In this document: one piece after another, positions 25,753-35,683 of the stretch
How the letters are laid out: each line of letters begins with the position of its first letter
How positions within the stretch are numbered: the first letter of the stretch is position 1
IMG/VR virus record: IMGVR_UViG_3300005918_000015
Direction: 5' to 3' (one strand)
DNA from: an uncultured virus (IMG/VR IMGVR_UViG_3300005918_000015)
Taxonomy: Duplodnaviria > Heunggongvirae > Uroviricota > Caudoviricetes
DNA length: 54,247 nt
Notes under the pieces: model-generated
Databases searched by the model: none
What the model saw: the letters and a program-made list of their open reading frames with translations, nothing else
What the model was told of the DNA's origin: nothing
Translations under genes and position numbers: made by a program

Positions 25753-27300
25753 ATGGCCAAAACAATCATTGATAGTGTTACTTTAAATTTTACTGACCTT
25801 ACCGGTGCCAAGACAGGCTGTACCAAACTCGGTTCCAACAAATTCTGGAAGGGCTGGGTTGAAGACCTTGGAGACGGCACAGGCAATTTCGAGTGTTGCT
25901 GGGGTGCTACAGGCACACCAGGTAAAGACACCGGAAGCAAACGAGGTATTGACCTTGATGATGCCCAAACCTTGCTCAATAAGAAAGTTAAATCAAAAGT
26001 AAAAAAAGGTTATACCCTCCTTGAAGTTCGTTCCGATGAGGAAGAGGTGGCCAAGGCTGCTGACAACGGTGTAAACCTCACTGCTGACAAGAAAGCCCCC
26101 AAAAAGAAAAAAGCTGTCAAGAAATCAACTTTCAATCCTGCTATCGGAAACTTGCTGGCTACCATCTATAATGAAACCAGCCGTGTTGTCACAGCAGGTC
26201 TTTCCTCTCAGGCTGGCTCATCTGCTGATAACCCTATAGGTAACCTGTCTGATGCCCAGTTAGACGTAGGTGGTGGCATTTTGGACGATATAGAGGCATT
26301 CCTGACACAGGAACTTGGCCATGAAGACACAGCTAACCGTGTTCAAACCTTGGCTTTGTCTGCTGATGGTGTACCTTCTGATGGTGTCATTGATTTGACT
26401 AATCAGTACATGTCGAATGTTCCGAGAGAAATTGACCGTTCACAAAGAGGTAGAGGCAACCTGCATCGTCTGGTTATTTCATCCTTTGAACGCTTGGAAG
26501 AGCAACGAAAGTTTTTACAGTTGCTTCGTGATGCTCACCTGACCAAAGGTGTCTTTAAAGCTGCTGCTAATGCTTCTACAGGTGGTAAAGAACAGATTTG
26601 GTATGAAGGCCTCAATTGCCTTATCGAATTGTGTGAGTCTGGATCAGCCGAATTCAAGAAAGTGTCAGACATATTCAACAACAACCAATCTCGTAAAAAC
26701 CAGAACTGGTTCAGTGGTGGACGTTCTACTCTCCGCTTGAAACGGATTTTCAAGTTCACTCGTAATGGTACAGACAAACAGTTTGCCAAGTATGCTAAAG
26801 AGATGGCTTCCAAGCCCAATGCAGTCGGCAATATTTTTGCTTGGCACGGCACACGTACTGAGAACCTTCTCGGTATCAGTAAAACTGGCCTCTTGATGCC
26901 TGAAAACTTGCCTCGTGGTATCCACGTATCAGGTAAAGCTTTCGGCAAAGGGATTTATCACGCCCCTGATATTTCAAAAATAAGAACCATTCACGGTGTG
27001 CAAACAGATGGTACGAATGGAGCTTTGAAGTCTATGAACTATACCTCTTCAAGGGGAGCTTATTACGGTTCAAATAACACTTCAAATTCGGCCTTCATGT
27101 ACCTGCAGGAAGTTGCTTTAGGTAACGGTGATGTTCATACAGCCCCTTGCTGGGACAAACACCGTCCGAATAACTACCCGAAGAACGATTTCATTTATGC
27201 AGCAGCCGGCGGTTGTAGCACGTTATCCCATGATGAATTGGTAACTTTTTCTCAGGATGCTCAAATATTCCGCTATTTGCTTGAGATTGAAGCAAGATAA
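25753..27300 (+). CDS. PARP-like ADP-ribosyltransferase (WGR-like + helical regulatory + catalytic domains)
   Basis: SNKFW…WGATG…K.KKGY (WGR-like); PIGNLS.AQL and LTNQYMS.VP (regulatory); WHGTR, GKAFGKGIY, KS.NY, EVALG, DELV.F….RYL (H-Y-E triad). Confidence 0.9.
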   Translation: MAKTIIDSVTLNFTDLTGAKTGCTKLGSNKFWKGWVEDLGDGTGNFECCWGATGTPGKDTGSKRGIDLDDAQTLLNKKVKSKVKKGYTLLEVRSDEEEVAKAADNGVNLTADKKAPKKKKAVKKSTFNPAIGNLLATIYNETSRVVTAGLSSQAGSSADNPIGNLSDAQLDVGGGILDDIEAFLTQELGHEDTANRVQTLALSADGVPSDGVIDLTNQYMSNVPREIDRSQRGRGNLHRLVISSFERLEEQRKFLQLLRDAHLTKGVFKAAANASTGGKEQIWYEGLNCLIELCESGSAEFKKVSDIFNNNQSRKNQNWFSGGRSTLRLKRIFKFTRNGTDKQFAKYAKEMASKPNAVGNIFAWHGTRTENLLGISKTGLLMPENLPRGIHVSGKAFGKGIYHAPDISKIRTIHGVQTDGTNGALKSMNYTSSRGAYYGSNNTSNSAFMYLQEVALGNGDVHTAPCWDKHRPNNYPKNDFIYAAAGGCSTLSHDELVTFSQDAQIFRYLLEIEAR

Positions 27301-27332
27301 ATCCAGCTATTTCCATTTTGGAAACAGTTGAT

Positions 27333-27361
27333 CCCTGCCTTTACGGGCGGGGGTTTTTTTT
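27333..27361 (+). terminator. rho-independent terminator
   Basis: CCCTGCCT-TTAC-GGGCGGGG followed by T8. Confidence 0.8.
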
Positions 27362-27391
27362 GGCTTAGTTTCTAATTTTTGTGGGTTGTTG
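27362..27391 (+). promoter_or_regulatory. bipartite repeated motif copy 11
   Basis: GGCTTAGTTT-CTAATTTTTG-TGGGTTGTTG directly after terminator. Confidence 0.8.
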
Positions 27392-27453
27392 TAGTAAGAA
27401 GGCAATGATGCCTGATAAGTTGGTTGAAGCAAGATAAACAGGAGGATACTGTA

Positions 27454-27765
27454 ATGACTAATTCAAAAAATGCTCAGAAGTTTGCCTCGTTTACCTATGC
27501 CGAGCAAAAAGAACTTTCAAATGCTCTTAGACACCACTTGAGTGAGTGTCAGGTACGAGAAGAATCTCAACGGGATGATGATCCGATCAAACTCTTTGCG
27601 GAAAGTCTTCAAAATGTCTGTAAAGATAAATTTGTAGATTTAAGCCCTGCTGCTGCTCTGGAAAAAACTACCCACGAGACAGCAAAAGAGCGGATTACTC
27701 GTGTAGCATTGATGAGCAATGCTTTGTCCTATGCTTTAAAAGAGGGTATCAATAATGAGACTTAA
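27454..27765 (+). CDS. hypothetical protein
   Basis: AGGAGG RBS before ATG 27454. Confidence 0.65.
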   Translation: MTNSKNAQKFASFTYAEQKELSNALRHHLSECQVREESQRDDDPIKLFAESLQNVCKDKFVDLSPAAALEKTTHETAKERITRVALMSNALSYALKEGINNET

Positions 27766-28132
27766 AAAAGGTGAAAAAAGGCACATAAACCCAGATGGTA
27801 ATATTGGTGGGAAAGTTAGTTTCGGTTCTTTTGTTTCGAAAGATTCCTTTATATCATATGATTCTATAGTCCAATCAGGGTCTACAGTAAAAGAGAAGTC
27901 CACGGTAATACAATCTACTATTTCGGGTAAATCAATTATTCGGAATAATAGTTTTGTACGACGGTATGTTGTTTGGGAACAGTCTATTGTAGATAATAGT
28001 AATGTAGATAATTCTTCAACTAATAAGGAAGAAATACACACATCCATTATACAAAATTCACAAGTGGCTAATTGCAGCCTTGTGAATTGCTACGGTATTA
28101 AAAATATGGAAATTAAAAAGGTAACAAAATGA
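27755..28132 (+). CDS. beta-helix (hexapeptide-like) repeat protein
   Basis: HINPDG..GG.V followed by [SN]S.[IV] periodic repeats. Confidence 0.55.
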   Translation: MRLKKGEKRHINPDGNIGGKVSFGSFVSKDSFISYDSIVQSGSTVKEKSTVIQSTISGKSIIRNNSFVRRYVVWEQSIVDNSNVDNSSTNKEEIHTSIIQNSQVANCSLVNCYGIKNMEIKKVTK

Positions 28133-30633
28133 TAAAAACGGAACAGTTTATCAACCAGCTTACTAAAGCCTTGGTTGAAAAAGACGTTGAGAATGTTTAC
28201 CGCCAGTTATTCCAAATGGGGATACCTGACAGTGTGATTACTTCTCCCTATGGTGGTGATGGTATGTTGAAAAGTAAAGCTGAGAACCTGATAGCTCTAC
28301 TTGAATTCAAATATGACTATGACTTCACCAGTCGTAAAGACACCATCAAAGTTCTGATACAGGCTTTATACTATCTTAAAAAGGCTGAGTCTGCCGGGGA
28401 TATCCTTCCTTCAATTGTTTTTGTCGGGGATAAAAACGAATGCTTTGTTATTCATTTGAATAGCCTTCAAAAGTATTTGGATGCTGATATTGATTGGACG
28501 ATTGCCCCTTCAAGTGCTGGGGTTAAAAACCCAGAACTGACATTGGAAATGTTCAATGATAAAGAAGTGAACCCTTTCGTATTTGATGTAGGTAAAGGGT
28601 TCGATTTCTCAGAAGTTGTCAACAAAATACTGGACTTGAACAGTAATGTCGTTCGGTTGGTTCGTATCACTGAGAAAAACATCAATAACATCTTTGAATA
28701 TTTCGTTGGGAAAGTCTTGGTGACCTCAAAGAAGCTGGACACCAATGCTCAAGTAAGCCTGTTCATCAATATCCTGACCAATCCTGATGAGAACTACATC
28801 CATCCGAAAAAGAAAAACACCCTGATTACACCTGCCGGTGAAATTACAGTTAAAGGTGCAAAGTTTGCATCCTTCTTCTCTCACTTTGAACGGGAATACA
28901 AGCCCTCAGAGAAAGAGAACCTGATAGCTATTTCCGACCGGTTAATTGAGGACGAAACCCGCCGGAGAGAGGGTGCATTTTTCACCCCAACAATCTGGGT
29001 AGATGAAGCTCATAAAATGATTACGGAGCAATTCGGCTCGGATTGGAAAGAGAAGTATGTTGTTTGGGATTGTGCCTGTGGAACAGGTAATTTGACTCGT
29101 GATTATAAATTCAAGGAATTATATTGTTCTACCTTGGTGCAAGAAGAAATTGATATGATGATTCAGAATAGGATTAATCCTGAAGCTGTAAAGTTTAAAT
29201 ATGATTTTTTGCAGGATGTACCTGAAGGGGTTGTCACAGGTTTTGGTGGTGGTTGGGAAGAGAAATTACCTGAAGGTCTGGTTAAAGCCCTTGATGAAGG
29301 CAAACCTATGATTATGTTGATCAACCCTCCTTATGGTACAGCAAGTAATCGAGACGAATCTTCTAAAAAAGGAGTTGCTTTTAACCAGGTGAATGCTGAA
29401 ATGAAAGCTGATAAATTAGGAGCTTGTTCCCAGCAACTTTATGCACAATTCATGTATAAAATTGCTCGTATTAAAGAGCATTACAGTCTAGCAGATATGA
29501 ATGTGGCTATTTTCAATAAGCCAAACTTTTTAACCGCCCCCACCTACAAGAAATTCCGTTCTTTTTGGGTTAGCCAATTCAGAATGAAAAAAGGGATGTT
29601 GTTTCAAGCTAGTAATTTCTCGGATGTTTCCACTCAGTGGGGGATTCTGTTTAGTATCTGGAAATCAGGAGGTTATGGAAAATATATGACCTGGGTTCAG
29701 GCTGATGTTAAAGAACAGGTTCCTGTTAAAGGCTTGGGTTTGAATACCATCCAAACGATAGGTACAAAAGATTTTGATAATATGGACAATAACTACCCTG
29801 CTTCAAAGTGGGTCAGGGAAGAAACCAAAAATGATAGAGTATCTTTTAAATATGTCTTATGTTTAAAGTCATCTATAAATATAGGAAACAAGATCAAAAC
29901 TCTTCCTATAAATGCTTTTGGGACTTTCATATCCGATACAAATACTGTTTATCAAAACTCACAAGGGGTAGTAATACTTAACACACGAAATTCTGCAAAT
30001 CAGGGTTCTTTACCTATAATCCCTGAGAATTTCCGCAAGGTTTGCTCCCTCTTTACAGCCCGTAAAACCATAACAGGGAAATATGCCAACTGGATAAACG
30101 ACAAGGATGAATATAAAAGACCAAACCAAACCCACGATGATTATGAACAATGGAACAACGATGCTATTATTTATTCTTTGTTTCACTCAGCCTCAAACCA
30201 GTCTTCACTCAGAGATATCACGTACAAAGATAAGCAGTGGGATATTGAAAACGAATGGTTCTGGATGTCTATTGAATCAATCAAAGGGTTGGCCAATGAA
30301 CACTCCAATCAGGCCGTCTATGACGACTGTAAGGCTAAAGGCAAGGAAAGGCATGTTTGTACCCTCCTGAAGGATTTAAAGCTCTCTGACGATGCCTCAG
30401 ACCTTTTAGTTGAGGCCAACAAATTGGTCGAGAAATCTTTCAAGTTCCGTGAAATGATGAATGAAGAACACCCTGAATATCACCTCAACTCCTGGGACGC
30501 TGGCTGGTATCAGATCGTCAAGATCCTCAAGGAATACCTGCCTGATGACCTGAAAGAGTTCCGTTTAGGGTATAAGAAGCTGGAGGATAGACTCCGAAGT
30601 GGAGTTTATCAGTTTGGTTTCTTGAGGATGTAA
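28129..30633 (+). CDS. type IIG-like restriction endonuclease / N6-adenine methyltransferase fusion
   Basis: N-terminal E.DVEN…DG…LLEFK (PD-(D/E)xK-like); GAFFTP; motif I VWDCACGTGNL; motif IV INPPY. Confidence 0.8.
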   Translation: MIKTEQFINQLTKALVEKDVENVYRQLFQMGIPDSVITSPYGGDGMLKSKAENLIALLEFKYDYDFTSRKDTIKVLIQALYYLKKAESAGDILPSIVFVGDKNECFVIHLNSLQKYLDADIDWTIAPSSAGVKNPELTLEMFNDKEVNPFVFDVGKGFDFSEVVNKILDLNSNVVRLVRITEKNINNIFEYFVGKVLVTSKKLDTNAQVSLFINILTNPDENYIHPKKKNTLITPAGEITVKGAKFASFFSHFEREYKPSEKENLIAISDRLIEDETRRREGAFFTPTIWVDEAHKMITEQFGSDWKEKYVVWDCACGTGNLTRDYKFKELYCSTLVQEEIDMMIQNRINPEAVKFKYDFLQDVPEGVVTGFGGGWEEKLPEGLVKALDEGKPMIMLINPPYGTASNRDESSKKGVAFNQVNAEMKADKLGACSQQLYAQFMYKIARIKEHYSLADMNVAIFNKPNFLTAPTYKKFRSFWVSQFRMKKGMLFQASNFSDVSTQWGILFSIWKSGGYGKYMTWVQADVKEQVPVKGLGLNTIQTIGTKDFDNMDNNYPASKWVREETKNDRVSFKYVLCLKSSINIGNKIKTLPINAFGTFISDTNTVYQNSQGVVILNTRNSANQGSLPIIPENFRKVCSLFTARKTITGKYANWINDKDEYKRPNQTHDDYEQWNNDAIIYSLFHSASNQSSLRDITYKDKQWDIENEWFWMSIESIKGLANEHSNQAVYDDCKAKGKERHVCTLLKDLKLSDDASDLLVEANKLVEKSFKFREMMNEEHPEYHLNSWDAGWYQIVKILKEYLPDDLKEFRLGYKKLEDRLRSGVYQFGFLRM

Positions 30634-30634
30634 A

Positions 30635-30838
30635 ATGAAACCCTGTAATCAAGAAAACAGATACATGAAAAAGGTAAAATACCGTCCGGCTAAGGATGGT
30701 GAGGTAGTATGCCAGGATTGTTTTCATTTCACATACCACCCATTCCCGAAACCTTGTTGTGTTGATGAAAATAATTTCCACATGTTTTTCTTAAAAGACC
30801 CAGAAAAATATACTTGTAGTAGAAGTCGGCCAGCTTAA
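30635..30838 (+). CDS. small Cys-rich hypothetical protein
   Basis: CQDCFHF; 67 aa. Confidence 0.5.
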   Translation: MKPCNQENRYMKKVKYRPAKDGEVVCQDCFHFTYHPFPKPCCVDENNFHMFFLKDPEKYTCSRSRPA

Positions 30839-30857
30839 TTTTCTAAGGAGAAATACA

Positions 30858-31346
30858 ATGAAAAATTTACTATTGAGAGCAGCTGCTATACTTATTTTTT
30901 CTGTGATGATATTAGTTTTATACTCATATATGACAGCAAATCCAAATAAGTTTAACTTCTCGGCCAAAGAAGCACCCTCTGAAACGATAATCTATGCCAC
31001 AGGTAAAGTGGTAACAGCAACGACATGGAATGCTACTGTTATGGTACTTACACGCCCTCCAAGGGCAGGTGAGCAGCCTGAGAGGCTCACTTTTACAAAA
31101 CAGGATACCGATACAATCCACATTCAAGAGAAATTCACCCCGACATTAAATGATGAGGCATTGAAAAACAGAAACGAGCAGACTTTAAAAACCTTAAAGA
31201 ACCTGAAAAAGCTATTACCAAAGAATACCACTGTATCTTATGACCCATCTTTTGGGGGCATTGTGATATTTGCAGAAGGTCGAAGATTTGATTTTGGGGT
31301 AGCTTCTAATGAAACAATTACCTGTGATGAAACCTCTTTAAAATGA
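30858..31346 (+). CDS. membrane-anchored hypothetical protein
   Basis: AAGGAG RBS; N-terminal hydrophobic helix. Confidence 0.65.
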   Translation: MKNLLLRAAAILIFSVMILVLYSYMTANPNKFNFSAKEAPSETIIYATGKVVTATTWNATVMVLTRPPRAGEQPERLTFTKQDTDTIHIQEKFTPTLNDEALKNRNEQTLKTLKNLKKLLPKNTTVSYDPSFGGIVIFAEGRRFDFGVASNETITCDETSLK

Positions 31347-31350
31347 TTCT

Positions 31351-31380
31351 GGCTTAGTTTCGGGTAGTAGTGGGTTGTTG
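31351..31380 (+). promoter_or_regulatory. bipartite repeated motif copy 12
   Basis: GGCTTAGTTT-CGGGTAGTAG-TGGGTTGTTG. Confidence 0.8.
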
Positions 31381-31436
31381 TAGTAGATGAAAGATGGTCA
31401 TAACGACCTTTAACCAATTTTTAATAGGAGAAAACT

Positions 31437-32234
31437 ATGTCAAATGCAATTGATTCCCAAACAAACAAAGATGCAATCAAAGCCTCAACCGACTGGCGTG
31501 AAGCTGCTGTTGATCTAATCAGGTCTGAAATTTCAGAGGGGTTAAGCTTCTCTTCTGGTGAGATAGCTGCAATAATCCGAGTTGTCCGCCCTGAATTGAA
31601 ATTCATGGTCAGTAAAGTCGGTGAGCTTATCCGTGATAAATTCCATGATCAAGAGCTTGACCAGTATAACGATGACGGTGACGGTTATCCTACATACCCC
31701 TATCAGGGTCTGAGGATTGCTCAAGGCTTGTTCCCTGATCGTACCCCTGCTGGAACCGAAGTGTTTGTATATGGTCCTTCTCAAGAAGCCATTGATGAAC
31801 ACGATTTCGAAGTTTACATCCCAATCCCAGGTGAAAACCTGAGTGATTACCCTGACCCTGATGTTCAGGCTGCCAGTGTCCCAGCCCCTGCTGCTTCTCA
31901 AGTCGTGAGTGACCGTCTGACAAAAACAGACATCAAAGCTAAAGTCTGGCAGGACAACCGTATGTGTATCCCTCGTAAAGCTTTGGAAGCCGCAATCTAT
32001 CTTGGAGACGGAGTCTTGGGTGTTTCCAGTGACGTGTTTGTCTCTCAGACTGATACCGAAATCGTGGTAGTCATGGCTGACCCAAACAGCACTGAGTTCA
32101 AATCTTACAAGATGTGGGCTACCAGTGGCAGCCGAATTGCTTTTGCCTCTACTGACAAGGATAATCCTTACGTCCCAGGTGAGTACAATTGCAAAATTGA
32201 AGCTGGTAAAATCACTGTAAACCTGAAAGACTAA
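31437..32234 (+). CDS. two-domain acidic hypothetical protein, possible DNA-binding
   Basis: AGGAG RBS; FSSGEIAAIIR helix; Ala/Pro linker; KVWQDNRMCIPRKAL resembles an AbrB-type hairpin. Confidence 0.65.
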   Translation: MSNAIDSQTNKDAIKASTDWREAAVDLIRSEISEGLSFSSGEIAAIIRVVRPELKFMVSKVGELIRDKFHDQELDQYNDDGDGYPTYPYQGLRIAQGLFPDRTPAGTEVFVYGPSQEAIDEHDFEVYIPIPGENLSDYPDPDVQAASVPAPAASQVVSDRLTKTDIKAKVWQDNRMCIPRKALEAAIYLGDGVLGVSSDVFVSQTDTEIVVVMADPNSTEFKSYKMWATSGSRIAFASTDKDNPYVPGEYNCKIEAGKITVNLKD

Positions 32235-32241
32235 ATCCTAA

Positions 32242-32270
32242 CCCCTCCTTGAAAGAGGAGGGGGGGCTTT
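32242..32270 (+). terminator. GC-rich stem-loop with GAAA loop
   Basis: CCCCTCCTT-GAAA-GAGGAGGGG; short T tail. Confidence 0.55.
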
Positions 32271-32535
32271 GGAGGTTATTGAAATGCCTGATACAAATGT
32301 TGTGGTGCTTGACGCACTTACTGTCTGTGATAACGATATAGGTGTCTGCTGGAAAATACAAGCAACTTATGATTTATCCCAGTTGCCTGTTAAGTACCAC
32401 GTCCTAGCTACTCAGTCCATAGTACAGTCACAAGAGACGATAAAAGTATGTGATCGGCTCTCTGATGAAGAAGAACGGAATCTTGAGCTTGGGTATATCG
32501 GTCGTTTATTTCGGTGGGTTTTTGGAGGTGAGTAG
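32269..32535 (+). CDS. hypothetical protein
   Basis: 88 aa; real start may be ATG 32284 after GGAGG. Confidence 0.55.
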   Translation: MEVIEMPDTNVVVLDALTVCDNDIGVCWKIQATYDLSQLPVKYHVLATQSIVQSQETIKVCDRLSDEEERNLELGYIGRLFRWVFGGE

Positions 32536-32951
32536 TGACTACTGCTACAGTTCCGTTAATTACTCAGGACTTCATCAAATTTACGATGAAAGATAAATTT
32601 CCCGGATGCCGTCTGAGAATTAATGATCGGATGGGTGGTGTAGTTTTAGCCATGACCGTCTGGCATTATGATATATCCCTCTCACTAACTGAGCAGGAAG
32701 TATCTCTCTCCGACAACATTGGGGAGACCATGATGACTTTGACTTATTTGCCCAAGGAACTGAAAGCCGAAAAACCAGCAAAGACAATCATTCTTCGTCG
32801 GTTAACGACTGATGATCCTGCAAGGGTAGCTCTCTTTATTAAGAATGTGAAAGCTTATATGAGAGGGATCGTATTAGCTATCAACACAGCAACCTCAGAC
32901 CCTGCTGAAAAAGAAGCAGATATCTTTGGTTTCGAGGATAATGATGGATAA
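32535..32951 (+). CDS. hypothetical protein
   Basis: GGAGGTG RBS, GTG start. Confidence 0.65.
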   Translation: MTTATVPLITQDFIKFTMKDKFPGCRLRINDRMGGVVLAMTVWHYDISLSLTEQEVSLSDNIGETMMTLTYLPKELKAEKPAKTIILRRLTTDDPARVALFIKNVKAYMRGIVLAINTATSDPAEKEADIFGFEDNDG

Positions 32952-33501
32952 ATGCAAAAAACACATTGTACCGTTACTTTGGGTAACCAAAAATTGGATT
33001 GCCAGATTAAATAAATTTCTTCCACTCGAACCAGACACAATGTATGGGGTGTCAGAAGTGGCTGCTTTCCTACAAGCCCCTAGTTCTTTTTTGGTAAATC
33101 AAACTAAAGGTTTTAAATCCCGTACCTCTATTTACAGAGGTACGGGAAGATCTGGTTCTATGATTTGTGTCTCTGGTAAAGAACTCCAACCATTGCTAGA
33201 ATCCTGTAAGCTTCGAGCACCGAAAAAACCTAGAAAAGTTGCTCAGTTGATGCAGTTGGAGACCCCTAAAATCATTCAGTCAGAATTGGTATGTACTGAT
33301 ATGGGTAAAGTTAGTGAGTTGGTTGGCAAGCTTCAAGATCAATTAGACAAACTCCCAAAGGATATGGCTAGAGAAGTCTCTTTTCAGTTGGCTCGGCAGT
33401 ATTGTAGATCAAGATCACAAACTAAAGGTTTAAGAAGTGGGAAAAAAAAGATACCGTCGAAAAACAATTTGGAAACAAAGATGGAAAAATCGACGACCTG
33501 A
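32926..33501 (+). CDS. hypothetical protein, possible HTH
   Basis: YGVSEVAAFL segment; true start probably an ATG near 32941-32944. Confidence 0.55.
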   Translation: MVSRIMMDKCKKHIVPLLWVTKNWIARLNKFLPLEPDTMYGVSEVAAFLQAPSSFLVNQTKGFKSRTSIYRGTGRSGSMICVSGKELQPLLESCKLRAPKKPRKVAQLMQLETPKIIQSELVCTDMGKVSELVGKLQDQLDKLPKDMAREVSFQLARQYCRSRSQTKGLRSGKKKIPSKNNLETKMEKSTT

Positions 33502-33880
33502 CGGTACTTATGTTACCACAGGAGACAACTGGACTTATTGGAGAAAACAACGATGCCCTCACTGTGGCAGGAAATACTATTATTTCCGTATGCCCTGTAC
33601 TCGTGAGGAAGTTCTCTTAGGTTTGAAAGAGGAAGCCAAAAGAGGTGATATTACCTGTGTTACTCTTAGGACTCTCCTTGGCCGGTGTCATGAAATAAAG
33701 CTGGATGCTTGGGATGCCCACATTCGGATGTGCAGCGGTGAGTTTGATATGGAGAATCTGGAACTGGATGAAAATGGAGAACCTTCTCTCGAAGACCAAC
33801 AAGAAATTATGGAAATCTCTTATAGAGAAGGACATTTTCTGGACCCAAAAGTTGTGAACAAAAAACGAAAGAAAAAATAA
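33437..33880 (+). CDS. hypothetical protein with CPHC motif
   Basis: 147 aa. Confidence 0.6.
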   Translation: MGKKRYRRKTIWKQRWKNRRPDGTYVTTGDNWTYWRKQRCPHCGRKYYYFRMPCTREEVLLGLKEEAKRGDITCVTLRTLLGRCHEIKLDAWDAHIRMCSGEFDMENLELDENGEPSLEDQQEIMEISYREGHFLDPKVVNKKRKKK

Positions 33881-33881
33881 T

Positions 33882-33911
33882 AGCTTAGTTTATCTAAGTT
33901 GTGGGTTGTTG
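33882..33911 (+). promoter_or_regulatory. bipartite repeated motif copy 13
   Basis: AGCTTAGTTT-ATCTAAGTTG-TGGGTTGTTG. Confidence 0.8.
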
Positions 33912-33929
33912 AGGTAGGAGGTATTTATT

Positions 33930-34115
33930 GTGTTACATTTTGAAGAAGTAAAAATCGGAGATTTTGTCCGAGATCAACAAGGTCTTGGACGTTGGTTGAA
34001 AGTTTTACATATAGATCGGGTAGATCAGCAGACAACTTTGGTTCTGAGTTCCGATATCACTCCGTTGATCCGAAGTGGTTCAAGGAATAAAATTGAAGTA
34101 CGGAGAAAACAATGA
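33930..34115 (+). CDS. small SH3-like hypothetical protein
   Basis: AGGAGG RBS; EVKIGDFV. Confidence 0.55.
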   Translation: MLHFEEVKIGDFVRDQQGLGRWLKVLHIDRVDQQTTLVLSSDITPLIRSGSRNKIEVRRKQ

Positions 34116-34268
34116 GTTTTGAAAAATTCATGTTAACGGAAAATTTTGAAGTTAATACCTGTTGGGACTGTGAGTCCCGGATAGGTGAGGAATGTAGTTA
34201 TGATGGTCATGAGGTTTTTCCTGACAGTGAAATCTGTGACCAATTTTCAAAAACGGAGGTCACCTAAA

Positions 34269-35438
34269 ATGGCACGAGAAGCAACAATACAAAGAATTGA
34301 AACGATTAGCCCTATCAAGAAAGCTGATTTTTTAGAACTAGCTACATTTGAAGGGTTAGGCTGGACATGTGTAGTTAAAAAAGGGGACTTTAAACCCGGT
34401 GACCCCTGTGTTTACTTCATGATCGATAGTGAACTGCCCCCAGAAGCACCGTGGGCAGTTTTCTTGGCCGAAAAAGGTAGCACACGTATCAAAACGATGC
34501 GTCTCCGTGGAGCTTTGTCTCAAGGACTGGCTTTGAAGACCAGTATCCTGATGGAATCCCTTCATCCTGATAATGATGAAATCATTACAGGTATTCAGAG
34601 TGATAGTATGGGTATTGAATTCACTACTGAATCTGGTTGGCAAGACCCGGTTCGGTGGGGGTATGACGTGACCCATATGCTGGGTGTCAAACACTACGAG
34701 AAGCCGATCCCTGAAGGGATAAGCGGAGATCCAAAGGGAGCATTCCCCGGGTACATTCCGAAAACTGACGAAACGACACTCCAGAACATTCCGGCTATCC
34801 TACAAGAGATGGAAGGACAGGAAATATATGTCACAGTTAAATGTGATGGTACTTCCACGACGTTTGCCCAACTCGACGGTGATATAGATATCTGTGGCCG
34901 TAACTGGTCTATGAAGGAGTGGTCTCGTGAGGATGATCCTGATGGTAAGCCACCCATTCACAACCTGTACTGGATTATGGCTCGAAAATACGGAATCTTG
35001 GATATTCTCAAGGAACATGACGGGATTGCTATCCAAGCTGAAATGGTAGGCCCCGGAATTCAAGGTAACCGCCTCGGCCTCGACGAAACAGAAATTCGTG
35101 TATTCGATATCTGGGATATTAAGAAAGCTCAGTACTATGACTTTGAAGACCTCTGGAGTTTCTGCCAGAGATACAAACTCCCGATGGTTCCGATAGTTTA
35201 CCTGACGGGTAGTGATTCTCAGAACCACCTGTGTTCTGAGACTGTAACAATGGAAGGACCTATGTTGACTCAGGAATACTGGTTGAGGATAGCTGAAATT
35301 CGTCATTACCTCGGCACGGAGAATCGTATCGAAGGACTCGTCACCCGTACCTGCAAAGCTCAGTACTTGGACGGTGTTCAGAACAGGGCTTCTTTCAAGG
35401 CTTTGAATAACATGTTTCTGTTGAAAGACGAGGAGTAG
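34269..35438 (+). CDS. RNA ligase, DRB0094 family (N-terminal OB domain)
   Basis: ATIQRI..ISPI..ADFLE, VVKKGDFKPGD.CVYF.IDS.LP, LRGALSQGL, IPKTDE, KCDGTS, EMVGPGIQGN, FDI, EGLV, SFKA.NN.FLLK. Confidence 0.93.
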   Translation: MAREATIQRIETISPIKKADFLELATFEGLGWTCVVKKGDFKPGDPCVYFMIDSELPPEAPWAVFLAEKGSTRIKTMRLRGALSQGLALKTSILMESLHPDNDEIITGIQSDSMGIEFTTESGWQDPVRWGYDVTHMLGVKHYEKPIPEGISGDPKGAFPGYIPKTDETTLQNIPAILQEMEGQEIYVTVKCDGTSTTFAQLDGDIDICGRNWSMKEWSREDDPDGKPPIHNLYWIMARKYGILDILKEHDGIAIQAEMVGPGIQGNRLGLDETEIRVFDIWDIKKAQYYDFEDLWSFCQRYKLPMVPIVYLTGSDSQNHLCSETVTMEGPMLTQEYWLRIAEIRHYLGTENRIEGLVTRTCKAQYLDGVQNRASFKALNNMFLLKDEE

Positions 35439-35440
35439 TA

Positions 35441-35665
35441 ATGGCTGATAAAAAGAAACCCTCCAATGACGGTAATGGTACAATCATTATGGCTTGGATT
35501 TTTATTGCCTTCTTAATGTGGGCAATGATGATGGTCGTATCAGGTAATATCCCTGACAGTTGGAAGACTAAGAAAAGAGTCCAAAACGAAGAAACGCCCC
35601 TCGAAGGGAGCGTTGACCCGAAGATACTATCAACGGGGTGGATGAGTAAAGATAACAAAGTTTAG
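35441..35665 (+). CDS. small membrane protein
   Basis: One hydrophobic segment; GAGGAG RBS. Confidence 0.55.
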   Translation: MADKKKPSNDGNGTIIMAWIFIAFLMWAMMMVVSGNIPDSWKTKKRVQNEETPLEGSVDPKILSTGWMSKDNKV

Positions 35666-35683
35666 ATAAGGTGTCAAGTTAAA

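Noticed and set aside
34800..35483. 227-aa minus-strand ORF and similar antisense ORFs (e.g. 42623..43201, 9708..10157)
   Set aside because: Shadows of well-supported genes on the opposite strand; no motifs or RBS
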